Part shown: positions 19,114-28,569 of the stretch, one piece after another | Numbering within the stretch: the stretch's first letter is position 1 | Layout of the letters: each line of letters opens with the position of its first letter | Origin: Planctomycetota bacterium | GTDB taxonomy: Bacteria > Planctomycetota > SZUA-567 > H5-PLA8 | NCBI GenBank assembly: GCA_038227875.1 | Contig: JBBRPR010000039.1 | Location: 1 to 64,000, forward strand | Reading direction: 5' to 3' | DNA: 64,000 nt | Notes under the pieces: generated by a model | The model's database searches: none | What the model saw: only the letters and a program-made list of their open reading frames with translations | What the model was told of the DNA's origin: nothing | Program-made: the position numbers and the translations under genes

Positions 19114-22100
19114 TCAAGGCATTTGTTTGATGCCCAGAAAGTCCAGCGCTTTCGTGATCGGCTCGACGGCCAGTGGTTCGCTGAAGGTCAGCTCGTTGGG
19201 CCTGGCGGTCATGTGGATCTTCGGGTTGTCCAGATGGACGGCGCCAGATTCCAGCAGCGTGGCGTTCAGTGTGCCGGTCAGCTCCATTTTCTTCTCATCC
19301 TTCCACGTTCCGCGCTGCAGGATCAGCGGGATGTCGCCGCTGGCACCGCGCAGGGTCAGCGTCGGTTTGACTATCACGACGTCGGCCTTGCGCAGGTTCA
19401 GGGTGCTCACCAAGCGCGAGCGGCCGTCGACATTCCATGTGTAATCGCCGAAGAGCGACGCGCCGCCGGCGAGCGTCGGCATTTCGTTCGCCGGAGTACC
19501 ATTGAGATTCGCGGCCAGGAAGGCGCGGCCGGTTTCGTTCAAGTCGGCGACGCTGACGCGGAAATGATCGAGGTGAATTTCGCTTACGGGGACGACGTTG
19601 TCGCTGACGACGCGGCCGTCGGCAGATGCGGTGATCTGGCTGGCGAGATTGAGGTCGGCATTCTCGATCTGGAACTGTGTGCCTGCCGCGTCGGGAAGTG
19701 AACTCAGTTTCCCCGCGAGCTTCAAACTGCCGGCCTTGCCGAAGAGGGGCGGAGGCAGCGGCGGCATTTTGAAGCCACAACATTCCCCGGCGTACTGTTC
19801 AAGCGTCAGCAGCGTGTTGATACCCAGCGTGCCGTTGGTGTAATTTAAAATGCAGACCAGCGGTCCGCTGAGTTCCACGCGGTCTGTCGCGCTGAACCGG
19901 GCGCCAAACTTTGCGAACTTGCCGGTGAGCTTCGCGTTGATCGTTTTGCTCAGCGGCGAACCGCGCAGCGAGAGCGGCTGCATTTCCAGCTTCAGGTTCT
20001 GGATTTCCCCCGACGCTGGATTCGGTATGCCGCCATGATTCGGCGCCATCATCGCTGCGATCGCATTCAGCGCCGTCGCGTCGAGCGCGTCGACACTGAT
20101 GCTCACCGGACCGGCCTGCGCCTTCAGCGGTTCGAAGACGCCGTCGAAGGCGACGGACTTCCCGCCAGTCACGGCGCCCTGAAAATTACCCTGCAGTTTC
20201 CACGTCTCGTCGTTGCCGCGGAAGACGCCGACGTTGAGCGCATTGGTTTTGAGCCAGCCGAGTTTCAACGCATAGTTCGAGCCGGTTTCGCCGGGCTCCA
20301 GCGACTGCAGGTAGGTGAAGTCCAGATCCGGCAGCGTGAAAAGCGCGACTTCCGGCAGGTACGCCAGCGGCGGCTTGACGTTGAGCGTGCCGCCGTGCGT
20401 CACGCCAGTGACGGTCAGCTGCCCGCCGACCATCTTGACGTCCAGCGCCGCGCTCGCTTTGGTGAATTTCGCCGACGGAATTGTGACGGTTTCGAGCACC
20501 GCCGCCGAGGTGTTGTAATGCGCGGCACGCAGCGCGTTGACGATCATCGGTTGGAGCTGTTCGGGCAGCGGGAAGATCAGCGCCGGCGCATCGATCTCCA
20601 CATGCGCGGAAGCGTCGCCGGAAATCGGATCGTAGACCGCACGCGTAACCATGATCGTGCCGTCGACGGTGACGCCGAAAAGGTCAGACACATTCACGAT
20701 GCGGTTCAGCGCCGCCCACGGCAGGGCGAGTTTCGTGATCTGCACCGGTTTGGCGCGCCAGAGCCCCTTCTCGTCGGGCCCGAACGCGAGCGAGAATTCT
20801 CCGGAGAGGCCCGAGTTCGTCGGCTGCCCCTTCGCCAGTGTTTCCGTCAGCGTGCCGCTCAAGGCGACCGGATTGTAATTGTTGTCGCTGCCGAGTTGCG
20901 CCGTGACATCGCCACCGAGCACCAGCGCCGGCACGCGCATCGGCAGCGGCCAGCGGTGGAGCGCGAAGTCGCGGAGCTTCAAGCCGGAGATCGTGACGCC
21001 GCTGTGGCCGTCGGCGCCATGCGCCAAAGTTGGGCGCACGTTTTTCACGCTCAGTTGTCCGTCGAACGCGAAGGGCAGTTCGGGAGAGATCCCGCCTTTG
21101 GTTTTGGATCCCGCATAGAACAATTTTCGGCCGGCGTCGGACTGCATGAATTGTCCGATGTCGACGTCCAATTCCTGCACTGTCGTGTCCGCGGAGAGGC
21201 TCGCCCACGGCGCTTCGTTCTGGCCCCACGGATCGGGGCGCAGATCGTGAATCTGAAAGAGCGCGCTCAACACGCTGCCGACGTTCACCTTGGCTTTGGT
21301 CAGCGCCGGCCAGTCGAGCCGCGCCTGAATTCCAACCGGCGGAAGTTCGCCAATGCCTGGCACGCTGACGCGCACGTCGCTGGTCGCGAGATCGCCGCCC
21401 GCATGAATCTCACCGGTCCTGGGCAGCGTGGCGGAAACGTTGCTCGCCCGAAGCGTTCCCAGCACGTCAAAACCGTCGACGGACGCCGGCAATTTCACCA
21501 GCGCTTTCAGACCCGCGAGATCGAGATTCGCCGAGGCGTTTTCGATCGTGGTGACGCTGGGCGATGTGCTGATTTTCTCCGCCGCGATGCTGCCGACCTG
21601 GTCGAGCGTCACTTTGCTCTCGGTCAGCACGGTCGTCGCGCCAACGGCCGACATGCTCAGCAGGGTCTGCAGTTGCAGGTTGCGATTGGCGAGCGTCATG
21701 TCGAGGCCGGGCGCGAGAGTGCTCTGGATTTTTTCGAGCTCGAAGCGTCCGGAGAGCTTCAGCGGCAGCGGCGTTTTCGCATCGGCGACCGCGTCGCGCC
21801 GGATCGAAAGCTCATAGTTGAGCTTGCCCGTCACGCCCGTGAGCGCCGGGAAATCTTTTTCGAGCAGCGCGCCGCCGTTTACATTCGCGGCAAGATTTTC
21901 GCCCGGGCCCAGCGATCCGGTGGCGGCGAGCGGTTCGCCGGAATCGAGCGTGCCGCGCAGCGTGAAACTCCGCGGCGCCGGGCGGCCGGTGTTCGTGAAA
22001 CTGGCGTAGGCGTCTTTCAGGTGGATAAATTGCTGCGTGTCGCTGCCGATCGCGAAGTCGCCGTTCTGGAGCACGATCTGTTCGATCTGCGTCGACGGCT

Positions 22101-22524
22101 CATTCGATTCCGACGTCTTGACCGTAAAATTCCATCGCCCGTCGCTGGCGCGCTTCAAATCGAGCGCCGGCTTATCGATGCGCAGCGCGCGGATGCGCCC
22201 GGAATAAAGCAGCGGCCCGAAATCCCAATCGACGTGAACGCCATCGACGGTCAGCGGCTTGCCGGAGTTGGCCGCGTCGACCTGGATTTTTTCGATATTC
22301 AGATTTTCCAGCCAGTTCGTCGAGACGCTCCCGACCTGCGCGTGAATACCGAAGAGCGACGACAATTCGTTCGCCACCGTGGCGTTCAACATCCCCATGC
22401 GGACGTAGAACACCAGCGCGACGAACACGACCAGCGGCAGGATGAGCAGGACGAGCGCCGAAACAATCAGCCAGAATTTCGCGCCGCGACGCCGCCGGAC
22501 GGCGGGAGGCGGAATGGGCGGCAT
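19114..22524 (-). CDS. Large AsmA-like/YdbH-like membrane-anchored beta-rich protein
   Basis: N-terminal TM after RRRR, AsmA-like 'IDKPALDLKRASDGRWNF', over 1100 aa beta-rich. Start moved to ATG 22524 because the longer ORF runs into a repeat. Confidence 0.7.
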   Translation of the reverse strand: MPPIPPPAVRRRRGAKFWLIVSALVLLILPLVVFVALVFYVRMGMLNATVANELSSLFGIHAQVGSVSTNWLENLNIEKIQVDAANSGKPLTVDGVHVDWDFGPLLYSGRIRALRIDKPALDLKRASDGRWNFTVKTSESNEPSTQIEQIVLQNGDFAIGSDTQQFIHLKDAYASFTNTGRPAPRSFTLRGTLDSGEPLAATGSLGPGENLAANVNGGALLEKDFPALTGVTGKLNYELSIRRDAVADAKTPLPLKLSGRFELEKIQSTLAPGLDMTLANRNLQLQTLLSMSAVGATTVLTESKVTLDQVGSIAAEKISTSPSVTTIENASANLDLAGLKALVKLPASVDGFDVLGTLRASNVSATLPRTGEIHAGGDLATSDVRVSVPGIGELPPVGIQARLDWPALTKAKVNVGSVLSALFQIHDLRPDPWGQNEAPWASLSADTTVQELDVDIGQFMQSDAGRKLFYAGSKTKGGISPELPFAFDGQLSVKNVRPTLAHGADGHSGVTISGLKLRDFALHRWPLPMRVPALVLGGDVTAQLGSDNNYNPVALSGTLTETLAKGQPTNSGLSGEFSLAFGPDEKGLWRAKPVQITKLALPWAALNRIVNVSDLFGVTVDGTIMVTRAVYDPISGDASAHVEIDAPALIFPLPEQLQPMIVNALRAAHYNTSAAVLETVTIPSAKFTKASAALDVKMVGGQLTVTGVTHGGTLNVKPPLAYLPEVALFTLPDLDFTYLQSLEPGETGSNYALKLGWLKTNALNVGVFRGNDETWKLQGNFQGAVTGGKSVAFDGVFEPLKAQAGPVSISVDALDATALNAIAAMMAPNHGGIPNPASGEIQNLKLEMQPLSLRGSPLSKTINAKLTGKFAKFGARFSATDRVELSGPLVCILNYTNGTLGINTLLTLEQYAGECCGFKMPPLPPPLFGKAGSLKLAGKLSSLPDAAGTQFQIENADLNLASQITASADGRVVSDNVVPVSEIHLDHFRVSVADLNETGRAFLAANLNGTPANEMPTLAGGASLFGDYTWNVDGRSRLVSTLNLRKADVVIVKPTLTLRGASGDIPLILQRGTWKDEKKMELTGTLNATLLESGAVHLDNPKIHMTARPNELTFSEPLAVEPITKALDFLGIKQMP

Positions 22525-22585
22525 GAGGGGAGGCGTGTTGGCGTCGGCGGTCAAATGATCACCCGCTTCCCAAGAGGCAACGCTC

Positions 22586-22776
22586 TCGAAGGGTGGCCCG
22601 GCCCCTCGGGCCGGGTCGCTTGCGACAAGAAGCACCAGGACACTCGTTAAATTTTTGGAGAGGAAACGATTGTCCGATGTGCTTCGAAGTCGTGTGAGTT
22701 CTTGGCAGGGGAGATTCTGTCCTGGAGCTTCTTGTTGCTAACGCAACCCGGCCCGTTGGGCCGGGCCACCCTTCGA
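22586..22776. repeat. Inverted REP-like doublet (about 57-bp arms with internal hairpin)
   Basis: 22586-22642 tcgaagggtggcccggcccctcgggccgggtcgc...aagaagcaccaggaca closely matches the reverse complement of 22718-22776. Confidence 0.88.
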
Positions 22777-22814
22777 ATGGAACGCACTCGGGACGACGTA
22801 TGCGTCCAGCGCGC

Positions 22815-22847
22815 TTCGACATTCGACATTCGTCATTCGACATTCGC
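22815..22847. repeat. GAATGTC heptamer tandem directly after a stop codon
   Basis: ttcgacattcgacattcgtcattcgacattcg. Same unit at about 7673, 33425 and 40683. Confidence 0.85.
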
Positions 22848-22848
22848 T

Positions 22849-23946
22849 TCACGCCCGCCATCCCAGCGGCTCCACATAAAGTCGGTACTGCGGCCCGTGC
22901 GATTCCTGCAGCGTGTACCAGAGCGACGTGGGGCTGCCGCAAACTTTCAGGCGCGCGCCAAGCTGCGCGTGTTCGCGCAGGCGTTCAGCCAGGTCTTCAC
23001 CTTCGTCGTGCTGGTAAAAATTCGGCGAATAGAGCACCACTTTCTGGTATCGGCTCAACGCGTCTGCAACTGTGCCCGCGGGGTCGAACAATTCCGGCGC
23101 GGATTCCGGACTGGGCAGAGCGCCGTCATCGGCGAGCACCGCGTTGGCTTCCGCGATCAGGTTCCAAAGATCGTTGGCGAAGCGCGCAGAGCCGAGGCCT
23201 TCCGACCCATCGAACGCGAGCACCACTGTTTTCGCGCGGGCCGGCACGTGAAGGCTGAACAGCGCTTCTTCCAGCGTCGACTCCCACTCTCCCCCGCCTC
23301 CGCCGGCCAAGTAAACATCGGCCGTGGGAATTTCGGGATGCGCGGAATTCTGCGGCGCCGACGCGGCTGGCTGCGCGGCGACGACGCCCATCGCCAGCGT
23401 GCGGCCAAGCGTCAATTCGAGTGAAAAGTCGAGCGGCTCCGGCAGCGCGACCGGAAGCGCCTGCGACAACTTCGGGCGGATGGCAACGCGCAAATCCGCG
23501 GCGGCGTGCGCGGCATCCTCAGGAGCGGGCCAGCCCTCGTGCCACATCCACGGACGCAGATCGTGATCGCCCACGATCTCTTCGCCGTAGCGGTGAATCG
23601 CACCGCGGCCGAGAATCGGCGCGCCCGTTCCGGGATAAACCACGAAGCCAATGCGCGAGGGCCGGATCTCGGCTTCGAGCAGCGCTTTGACGACCTCCGG
23701 CAAGACCAGGTCGTACGGCGCCGGCAGCGACAGGTCGCCGACGAGCACCGAAACGCGGCGGCGGCCGCGCGCCAATTCTTTGAGTGGCCCCAGCGCCGCG
23801 CGGACGAGTTCCTGCTGCGCGGTGGCGCTCAGCGGCGCACCCGATTCCGACGGACGGGCCGTCGGCAGGAGTTCGACGCCCTCGGGAACTTCGAGCGTCA
23901 GGCCCGCGGCGCCCGCTGAAACGGATACGGAGCGTGGACTCATCAA
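22849..23946 (-). CDS. Divergent lactate-racemase (LarA/DUF2088)-like protein
   Basis: 'LKELARGRRRVSVLVGDLSLPAPYDLVLPEVVKAL', 'DHD' and 'AGGGG' follow the LarA layout, but catalytic motifs are altered. Overlaps the dapB stop. Confidence 0.65.
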   Translation of the reverse strand: MMSPRSVSVSAGAAGLTLEVPEGVELLPTARPSESGAPLSATAQQELVRAALGPLKELARGRRRVSVLVGDLSLPAPYDLVLPEVVKALLEAEIRPSRIGFVVYPGTGAPILGRGAIHRYGEEIVGDHDLRPWMWHEGWPAPEDAAHAAADLRVAIRPKLSQALPVALPEPLDFSLELTLGRTLAMGVVAAQPAASAPQNSAHPEIPTADVYLAGGGGGEWESTLEEALFSLHVPARAKTVVLAFDGSEGLGSARFANDLWNLIAEANAVLADDGALPSPESAPELFDPAGTVADALSRYQKVVLYSPNFYQHDEGEDLAERLREHAQLGARLKVCGSPTSLWYTLQESHGPQYRLYVEPLGWRA

Positions 23947-24764
23947 GCTTTCGAATCCAGTCCCAGCACTTCGGGCATGGTGTACATGCCCGGGCCTTTC
24001 TTATTTTGAATGAGCCACTTCGCCGCTCGCAACGCGCCGCGCGCGAACGTGTCGCGGCTGGAAGCTTTGTGCGTCAGCTCGAGGCGCTCGCCACCGATCG
24101 AAAAATACGCGGTGTGTTCGCCGACCACGTCGCCCATGCGGATGGCGTGGATGCCGATTTCCTTCGGCGTGCGCTTGCCGGGCATGCCGTGGCGACCGTA
24201 GACGCCAACTTGTTTCAGATCGCGGTCGAGTCCCTTGCAGATCGCTTCCGCCAATCCCAGGGCGGTGCCGCTGGGCGAATCAATCTTCTGGTTGTGATGC
24301 GCTTCCGTGATCTCGACGTCGTAGCCGTCTCCGAGCGTCCGCGCGACCAACTCCGCGGCTTTGAAGAGCACGTTGACGCCGACGGAATAGTTCGGCGCAT
24401 GAATGATCGGAATGCGTTGCGCCGCCTTGGCGATGCGCGCCTTCTCATCGTCGGTCATTCCCGTCGTGCCGATGACAATCGGGATGCCCAGTTCCGCGGC
24501 CTGTTCGCAGTTGTCGGTGGCGGCGGAGTGAATCGTAAAATCGATCACCACCTGCACGCCGCAATTGGGGCAGATCGACCGCGCGACCGGCGCGCCGAGC
24601 TCCTTGCCGAGATTACTGGCCGTGCCCACATCCTTGCCGATCCACGGATGGCCGGAGTGTTCCAGCGCGTAGACGACTTTCAGATCCGCGTCTTCCAGCG
24701 CCAGCGCGACGAGACGTTGACCCATGCGGCCGGCGGCGCCGGCGATACAAACGTTGACGGGCAT
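23943..24764 (-). CDS. dapB: 4-hydroxy-tetrahydrodipicolinate reductase
   Basis: 'GAAGRMG', 'IDFT', 'GTTG', 'APNYSVGVN', 'EAHHNQKIDSPSGTA', 'FARGALRAA'. Confidence 0.97.
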   Translation of the reverse strand: MPVNVCIAGAAGRMGQRLVALALEDADLKVVYALEHSGHPWIGKDVGTASNLGKELGAPVARSICPNCGVQVVIDFTIHSAATDNCEQAAELGIPIVIGTTGMTDDEKARIAKAAQRIPIIHAPNYSVGVNVLFKAAELVARTLGDGYDVEITEAHHNQKIDSPSGTALGLAEAICKGLDRDLKQVGVYGRHGMPGKRTPKEIGIHAIRMGDVVGEHTAYFSIGGERLELTHKASSRDTFARGALRAAKWLIQNKKGPGMYTMPEVLGLDSKA

Positions 24765-24877
24765 TGCAGTGTCCTCAAGCAGTCAGGAAACGATCCAACG
24801 AGGGATCGCATACTATCCGAGAGGATGGGCATTGGCAGGGAGAATTTGGAGGGGGCTCGTGCCGTCAGGCAGAGAGA

Positions 24878-25012
24878 CCATTTTCCATTTTCGATTGAAC
24901 GGCCTTCGCGCTGCGCGCGTGCCTGTGTGTCTGTGTGACAAGGAGCAAGCGGCTGTACGCTTGCTCCTTGTCACACACCTTGCGGAAGTCGTTCAATGGA
25001 AAATGGAAAATG
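24878..25012. repeat. Two-armed CCATTTT/AAAATGG heptamer element with a nested 20-bp-stem palindrome
   Basis: Arms cattttccattttcgattgaac and gttcaatggaaaatggaaaatg. Inner tgtgtgacaaggagcaagcg-gctgta-cgcttgctccttgtcacaca (24932-24977). Confidence 0.88.
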
Positions 25013-25013
25013 C

Positions 25014-25928
25014 TCAGCTTCTCTTCCGCAGCCACTTGTCCCACTTCTCCACGTCTTCTCCGAAATTCTGACCGGAGAGTTCTTCCATCGCGTTGACGCA
25101 AGGGGCTTTGACAGTGGTGCGGATGCGCGTGATTTTCAGTTCGGGGAACTGGATCGGGAAACTCAGGCGCAGGATCAGATTCACCTGAGCGCCACTGTTG
25201 ACGGTGTAGCTGTCGATCTGCCGCGTCTTGAAATTCGCCAGTTCCGTGTTGGTGACGCGAGTTTCGATCGTGGCGTAGTAGGACTTCTCCAGCAGCGACT
25301 GGAAGATGCGGTTGTCGCCGTCCACCAGCGCGCGGCCGCCTTCGACGGCATTGTCGTGTTCGGCCTGCAATTTCACGTTGCCGGCTTCATCGTACGTCGC
25401 GAGGAGACAGTCGAGGAAGCGCTTGGTGGCGACGTCGTCTTTGCGCATCTTAATGGACGCCACGGCGGCTTTGCGCACGGCGTCGGAAGGATCGGTGATC
25501 GCGACAGCAACCAGCGCGTTGCTGATTTCGGTGCTCGTCAGCTTCGCCTGGTTCAGCGCGTTGAGCGCACCGCGCCGCAGTTCGGGCTGCGGGTTATTCT
25601 TCGGATCCAGGCAGGAGATCAGCAGCAGCTTGTTGGACGAATCCTTCGCCAGCGCCTGCGCCTCGCTCTCCAGACTTTTGCCGTCGACGAACGATTCGGT
25701 GTCGTAGGCGAACTTCTTGCAGATCGTCAGGCCCTTGGCACTGTCGGTCGCTTTCTTTTCTTCGCGGCGATTGAGCCCAATGGCGAGGTCGTCGTCTGTG
25801 GCATCGGTGGAGGCGGTCGACGTCGCCGGCACTTCCGGCTCCGCGCAGAACGCCGGCAGCGCCGAAAACGCGACGCACGCAGCGGCCATGCTGCTCAACA
25901 GAATCTGTTTGGGAAGAACCATGGGCAT
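25014..25928 (-). CDS. Exported HEAT-repeat-like protein
   Basis: Signal peptide; 'LRRGALNAL' and 'DPSDAVRKAAVASI'. Confidence 0.75.
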   Translation of the reverse strand: MPMVLPKQILLSSMAAACVAFSALPAFCAEPEVPATSTASTDATDDDLAIGLNRREEKKATDSAKGLTICKKFAYDTESFVDGKSLESEAQALAKDSSNKLLLISCLDPKNNPQPELRRGALNALNQAKLTSTEISNALVAVAITDPSDAVRKAAVASIKMRKDDVATKRFLDCLLATYDEAGNVKLQAEHDNAVEGGRALVDGDNRIFQSLLEKSYYATIETRVTNTELANFKTRQIDSYTVNSGAQVNLILRLSFPIQFPELKITRIRTTVKAPCVNAMEELSGQNFGEDVEKWDKWLRKRS

Positions 25929-26077
25929 GCTCCTCGCACTGCACTCTATCTCGCTGAACCGACGCTACTCTGTCGGAGATAAGCGGATTTTGCTGCATGA
26001 AAGTGTAATGAATCGCACTACTAAAAGTATCCAAAAATCCGCTCGCGGGATTTGAAATGCGGAGATAACTTGGGCGT

Positions 26078-26617
26078 ATGCAGACCTCCAAACGCAAGAG
26101 CGCCAGCACCGCCAACGCACCCGCAGTTTCCGCTTCGACCGAACCGAAGCGCAAGCGAGTCTATATGGCCGGACCGCTGTTCACGCTCAATGAACGCATC
26201 ATCAACCGCCAGCTGGCCGCGGCCATCGAGCAGCAGCTCAGCGACGTGCGCGTGCTGCTCCCGCAGGATTTCAAATACGACGACCGCTTCAACGATCAAC
26301 GCGCGTTCGGCGTTATTTTTAAAGGGTGCATCGACGGCATCGACTCCAGCGACTGCCTGGTCGCGTGGCTCGACGGCCCGGATTCCGACAGCGGAACATG
26401 CTTTGAAGTCGGTTACGCCTACGCCAAAGGCATTCCCGTCATCGGCGTGCGCACCGATTTCCGGCTCAATCAGGAGCGCGGCGTCAACGTGATGCTCTCG
26501 CGCGCGTGCAAGGCGTTTGTGTACCGGCCGTCCTTCGACGAGGATCTCAACGCGCTGGCGCGGGACATCGCCCGCGCGCTCAAAAAACACGTGGTGAAGC
26601 AGGAACCCCGCTCATGA
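26078..26617 (+). CDS. Nucleoside 2-deoxyribosyltransferase / N-glycosidase family protein
   Basis: 'VYMAGPLF', 'LPQD', 'LDGPDSDSGTCFEVGYAYAKGIPVIG.RTDFR', 'NVML'. Confidence 0.9.
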   Translation: MQTSKRKSASTANAPAVSASTEPKRKRVYMAGPLFTLNERIINRQLAAAIEQQLSDVRVLLPQDFKYDDRFNDQRAFGVIFKGCIDGIDSSDCLVAWLDGPDSDSGTCFEVGYAYAKGIPVIGVRTDFRLNQERGVNVMLSRACKAFVYRPSFDEDLNALARDIARALKKHVVKQEPRS

Positions 26618-27024
26618 CGCCCAGCACACCCAAGCGCATCTACCTCTGCGGCCCGATCATGGACTGCAAGCTGCACGAGACCAAAGACTGGCGCACGCGC
26701 TCCAAGGAACGCCTGGCTGGCCGCTTCATTCTGCTCGACCCGATGCGCCGGAGTTTCCGCGATAACGAAATCGACAGCGCCAACGAGATCGTGGAATTCG
26801 ATCTCCAGGACATCCGCGACGCCGATTTGATTCTGGTTAACTATTCCAAGCCCAGCGTCGGCACGTCGATGGAAGTGTTTTACGCCAGCCACGATTTGAA
26901 CAAGTTCGTGATCGCGTTTTCGCCCGTGGAATTCAAAGACTGCTCGCCGTGGATGGTCCGCTTCTGCACCAAAATCACGCGCGACCTGGATTCCGCGATC
27001 ACGTACATCGAACGCCATTTTTAG
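26614..27024 (+). CDS. Second nucleoside 2-deoxyribosyltransferase-like protein
   Basis: ATGA overlap at 26614. 'IYLCGPI', 'LDPMRR', 'DLQDIRDADLILVN', 'SVGTSMEVFYA'. Confidence 0.85.
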   Translation: MTPSTPKRIYLCGPIMDCKLHETKDWRTRSKERLAGRFILLDPMRRSFRDNEIDSANEIVEFDLQDIRDADLILVNYSKPSVGTSMEVFYASHDLNKFVIAFSPVEFKDCSPWMVRFCTKITRDLDSAITYIERHF

Positions 27025-27025
27025 A

Positions 27026-27300
27026 CGGCAGGGGTCAGGGGTCTGGGGTCGCGCAATTGGTGCCACGGATGCGCAGACACTTGAGCACAGCGAAAGTGGC
27101 TGTTCATCCGTGCGTTCAACTTCACGAATCTGGGGGAGCGCAAGCACAGATGAGCGGATGCTTTCGCTACGCTCAAGTATCCGCGCATCCCTGTCACCAT
27201 TACACAGCGGTGCTATTGCAACTCTGCTGTTTATCTTTGGCAACGACCGCGCAAAGCGCACGCGCGCGCATCGTCCCAGCCCTGACCCCAAGCCCTGCCG
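27026..27300. repeat. Two-armed GGGGTCA heptamer element filling a convergent intergenic gap
   Basis: cggcaggggtcaggggtctgggg ... cccagccctgaccccaagccctgccg, with internal cacggatg/catccgtg-type inverted motifs. Confidence 0.8.
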
Positions 27301-28569
27301 TTACTGCGGATTAGTCGCGCAGTACACGCGCAGGGCGAAGTCGTAGCGGCTCGTGCCGTAGGGATTGCGCAGACTGTATTCGACGTCGAAGCAGCGCGGC
27401 ACCATGAAGCCGTTGGCGGCGGAGCGCGAGGCGTCGACGGTCGCGCCGTTCTGTTGCGTGCTGTTGAGCTGCGAGTCGGTCATCTCTTCGAGCGAATTGG
27501 AGCCGGGATTGATGTAATACGGGGTGATCTTGATCGCGCGGATCATGCTGCCGGTGGTCTCGTCGGAACGCAGCAATCCGGCGTTGGCCAGATCGAACCC
27601 GCCAATGGAATGGCGCAGCATCGACAGCTGCGTACTTTCCGGCGTCATGGGCGTCACCTTGCCTGCCTTGCTGACGGACCCGGCAACCGCCTTAACCTGC
27701 GAAAACTTGAAGCTCACCAGCACGATGTTGGGATTGTCCAGCGCCAGCGTGTACGGGCTGTTGTAGACCCGGTTCTCGGCGTAGAACCAGCAGGCGATGG
27801 TCGGATTACTGGCGGTGCTGTTCGCGAGCGGCTTGGCGTTGATCATGCTCGGGCGGTCGATGTCCACGTCCATGCGGTAGTCCGGGCGAGGCCAGCCCCA
27901 TGAACCGGCGCGGATGTCGTTGGATTCCAGCACCGTGGTCTTTTTGCCGGACATTGCCAGACCCGTACCAGCAAAATCGCGGCGTCCGAAGAAGGCCGGC
28001 ATCCAGTACGAGCGCAGACCGTAATTGCCGTTAGTCGCTCCAGACTTGAAATTGTAGTAAGCGTAGCCCCACTGAGCCATGTTGTCGTACGACGGCCACC
28101 CCTTATAGAGGCCACTGCGGTTGGAACCGTCCGGCTGTTTCATGGTGCTGCGGAACTGCGGACCGGAGAAGAGCACGTCGTAGTTCTGGTCGTTGGTCAT
28201 CCAGGTCGTCTTGTTGGCCGGCTCGCCGGACATCGTGTCCAGGTACCACGGATCGATCTGCGCCTTCGTGGCGTCCGCATTGCCGGGGAATTTCAACGTC
28301 TGCGGCACGATCCAGTTGGCGCGCACCGGCACGCAATAACCCAGCGTGTTGCGCATATCGCGGTTGATCAGTTTGGCCGTTTCGTAGACCAGCGACAGGC
28401 CTTGGGATTCCTGGTAAACCCGCAGCGAGCTGGTGTAGATGAACGCGATCACGGTCATCAGCAGCAGGCTGATGGCAGAGACGACAAGAATTTCAATCAG
28501 GGTGTATCCACGGCGCGAGCGGAAATTCCGAGAATTGGGAAGGCACGTCGTCATCGATGCGTTTTTCAT
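27301..28569 (-). CDS. Type IV pilin/pseudopilin-like protein with class III signal peptide
   Basis: 'RRG|YTLIEILVVSAISLLLMTVI'. Start moved to ATG 28569 after a GAGGAG RBS. Confidence 0.85.
   Translation of the reverse strand: MKNASMTTCLPNSRNFRSRRGYTLIEILVVSAISLLLMTVIAFIYTSSLRVYQESQGLSLVYETAKLINRDMRNTLGYCVPVRANWIVPQTLKFPGNADATKAQIDPWYLDTMSGEPANKTTWMTNDQNYDVLFSGPQFRSTMKQPDGSNRSGLYKGWPSYDNMAQWGYAYYNFKSGATNGNYGLRSYWMPAFFGRRDFAGTGLAMSGKKTTVLESNDIRAGSWGWPRPDYRMDVDIDRPSMINAKPLANSTASNPTIACWFYAENRVYNSPYTLALDNPNIVLVSFKFSQVKAVAGSVSKAGKVTPMTPESTQLSMLRHSIGGFDLANAGLLRSDETTGSMIRAIKITPYYINPGSNSLEEMTDSQLNSTQQNGATVDASRSAANGFMVPRCFDVEYSLRNPYGTSRYDFALRVYCATNPQ

Noticed and set aside
22525..22635. N-terminal extension of the 1173-aa ORF
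   Set aside because: It runs through a REP arm, so a later start is more plausible.
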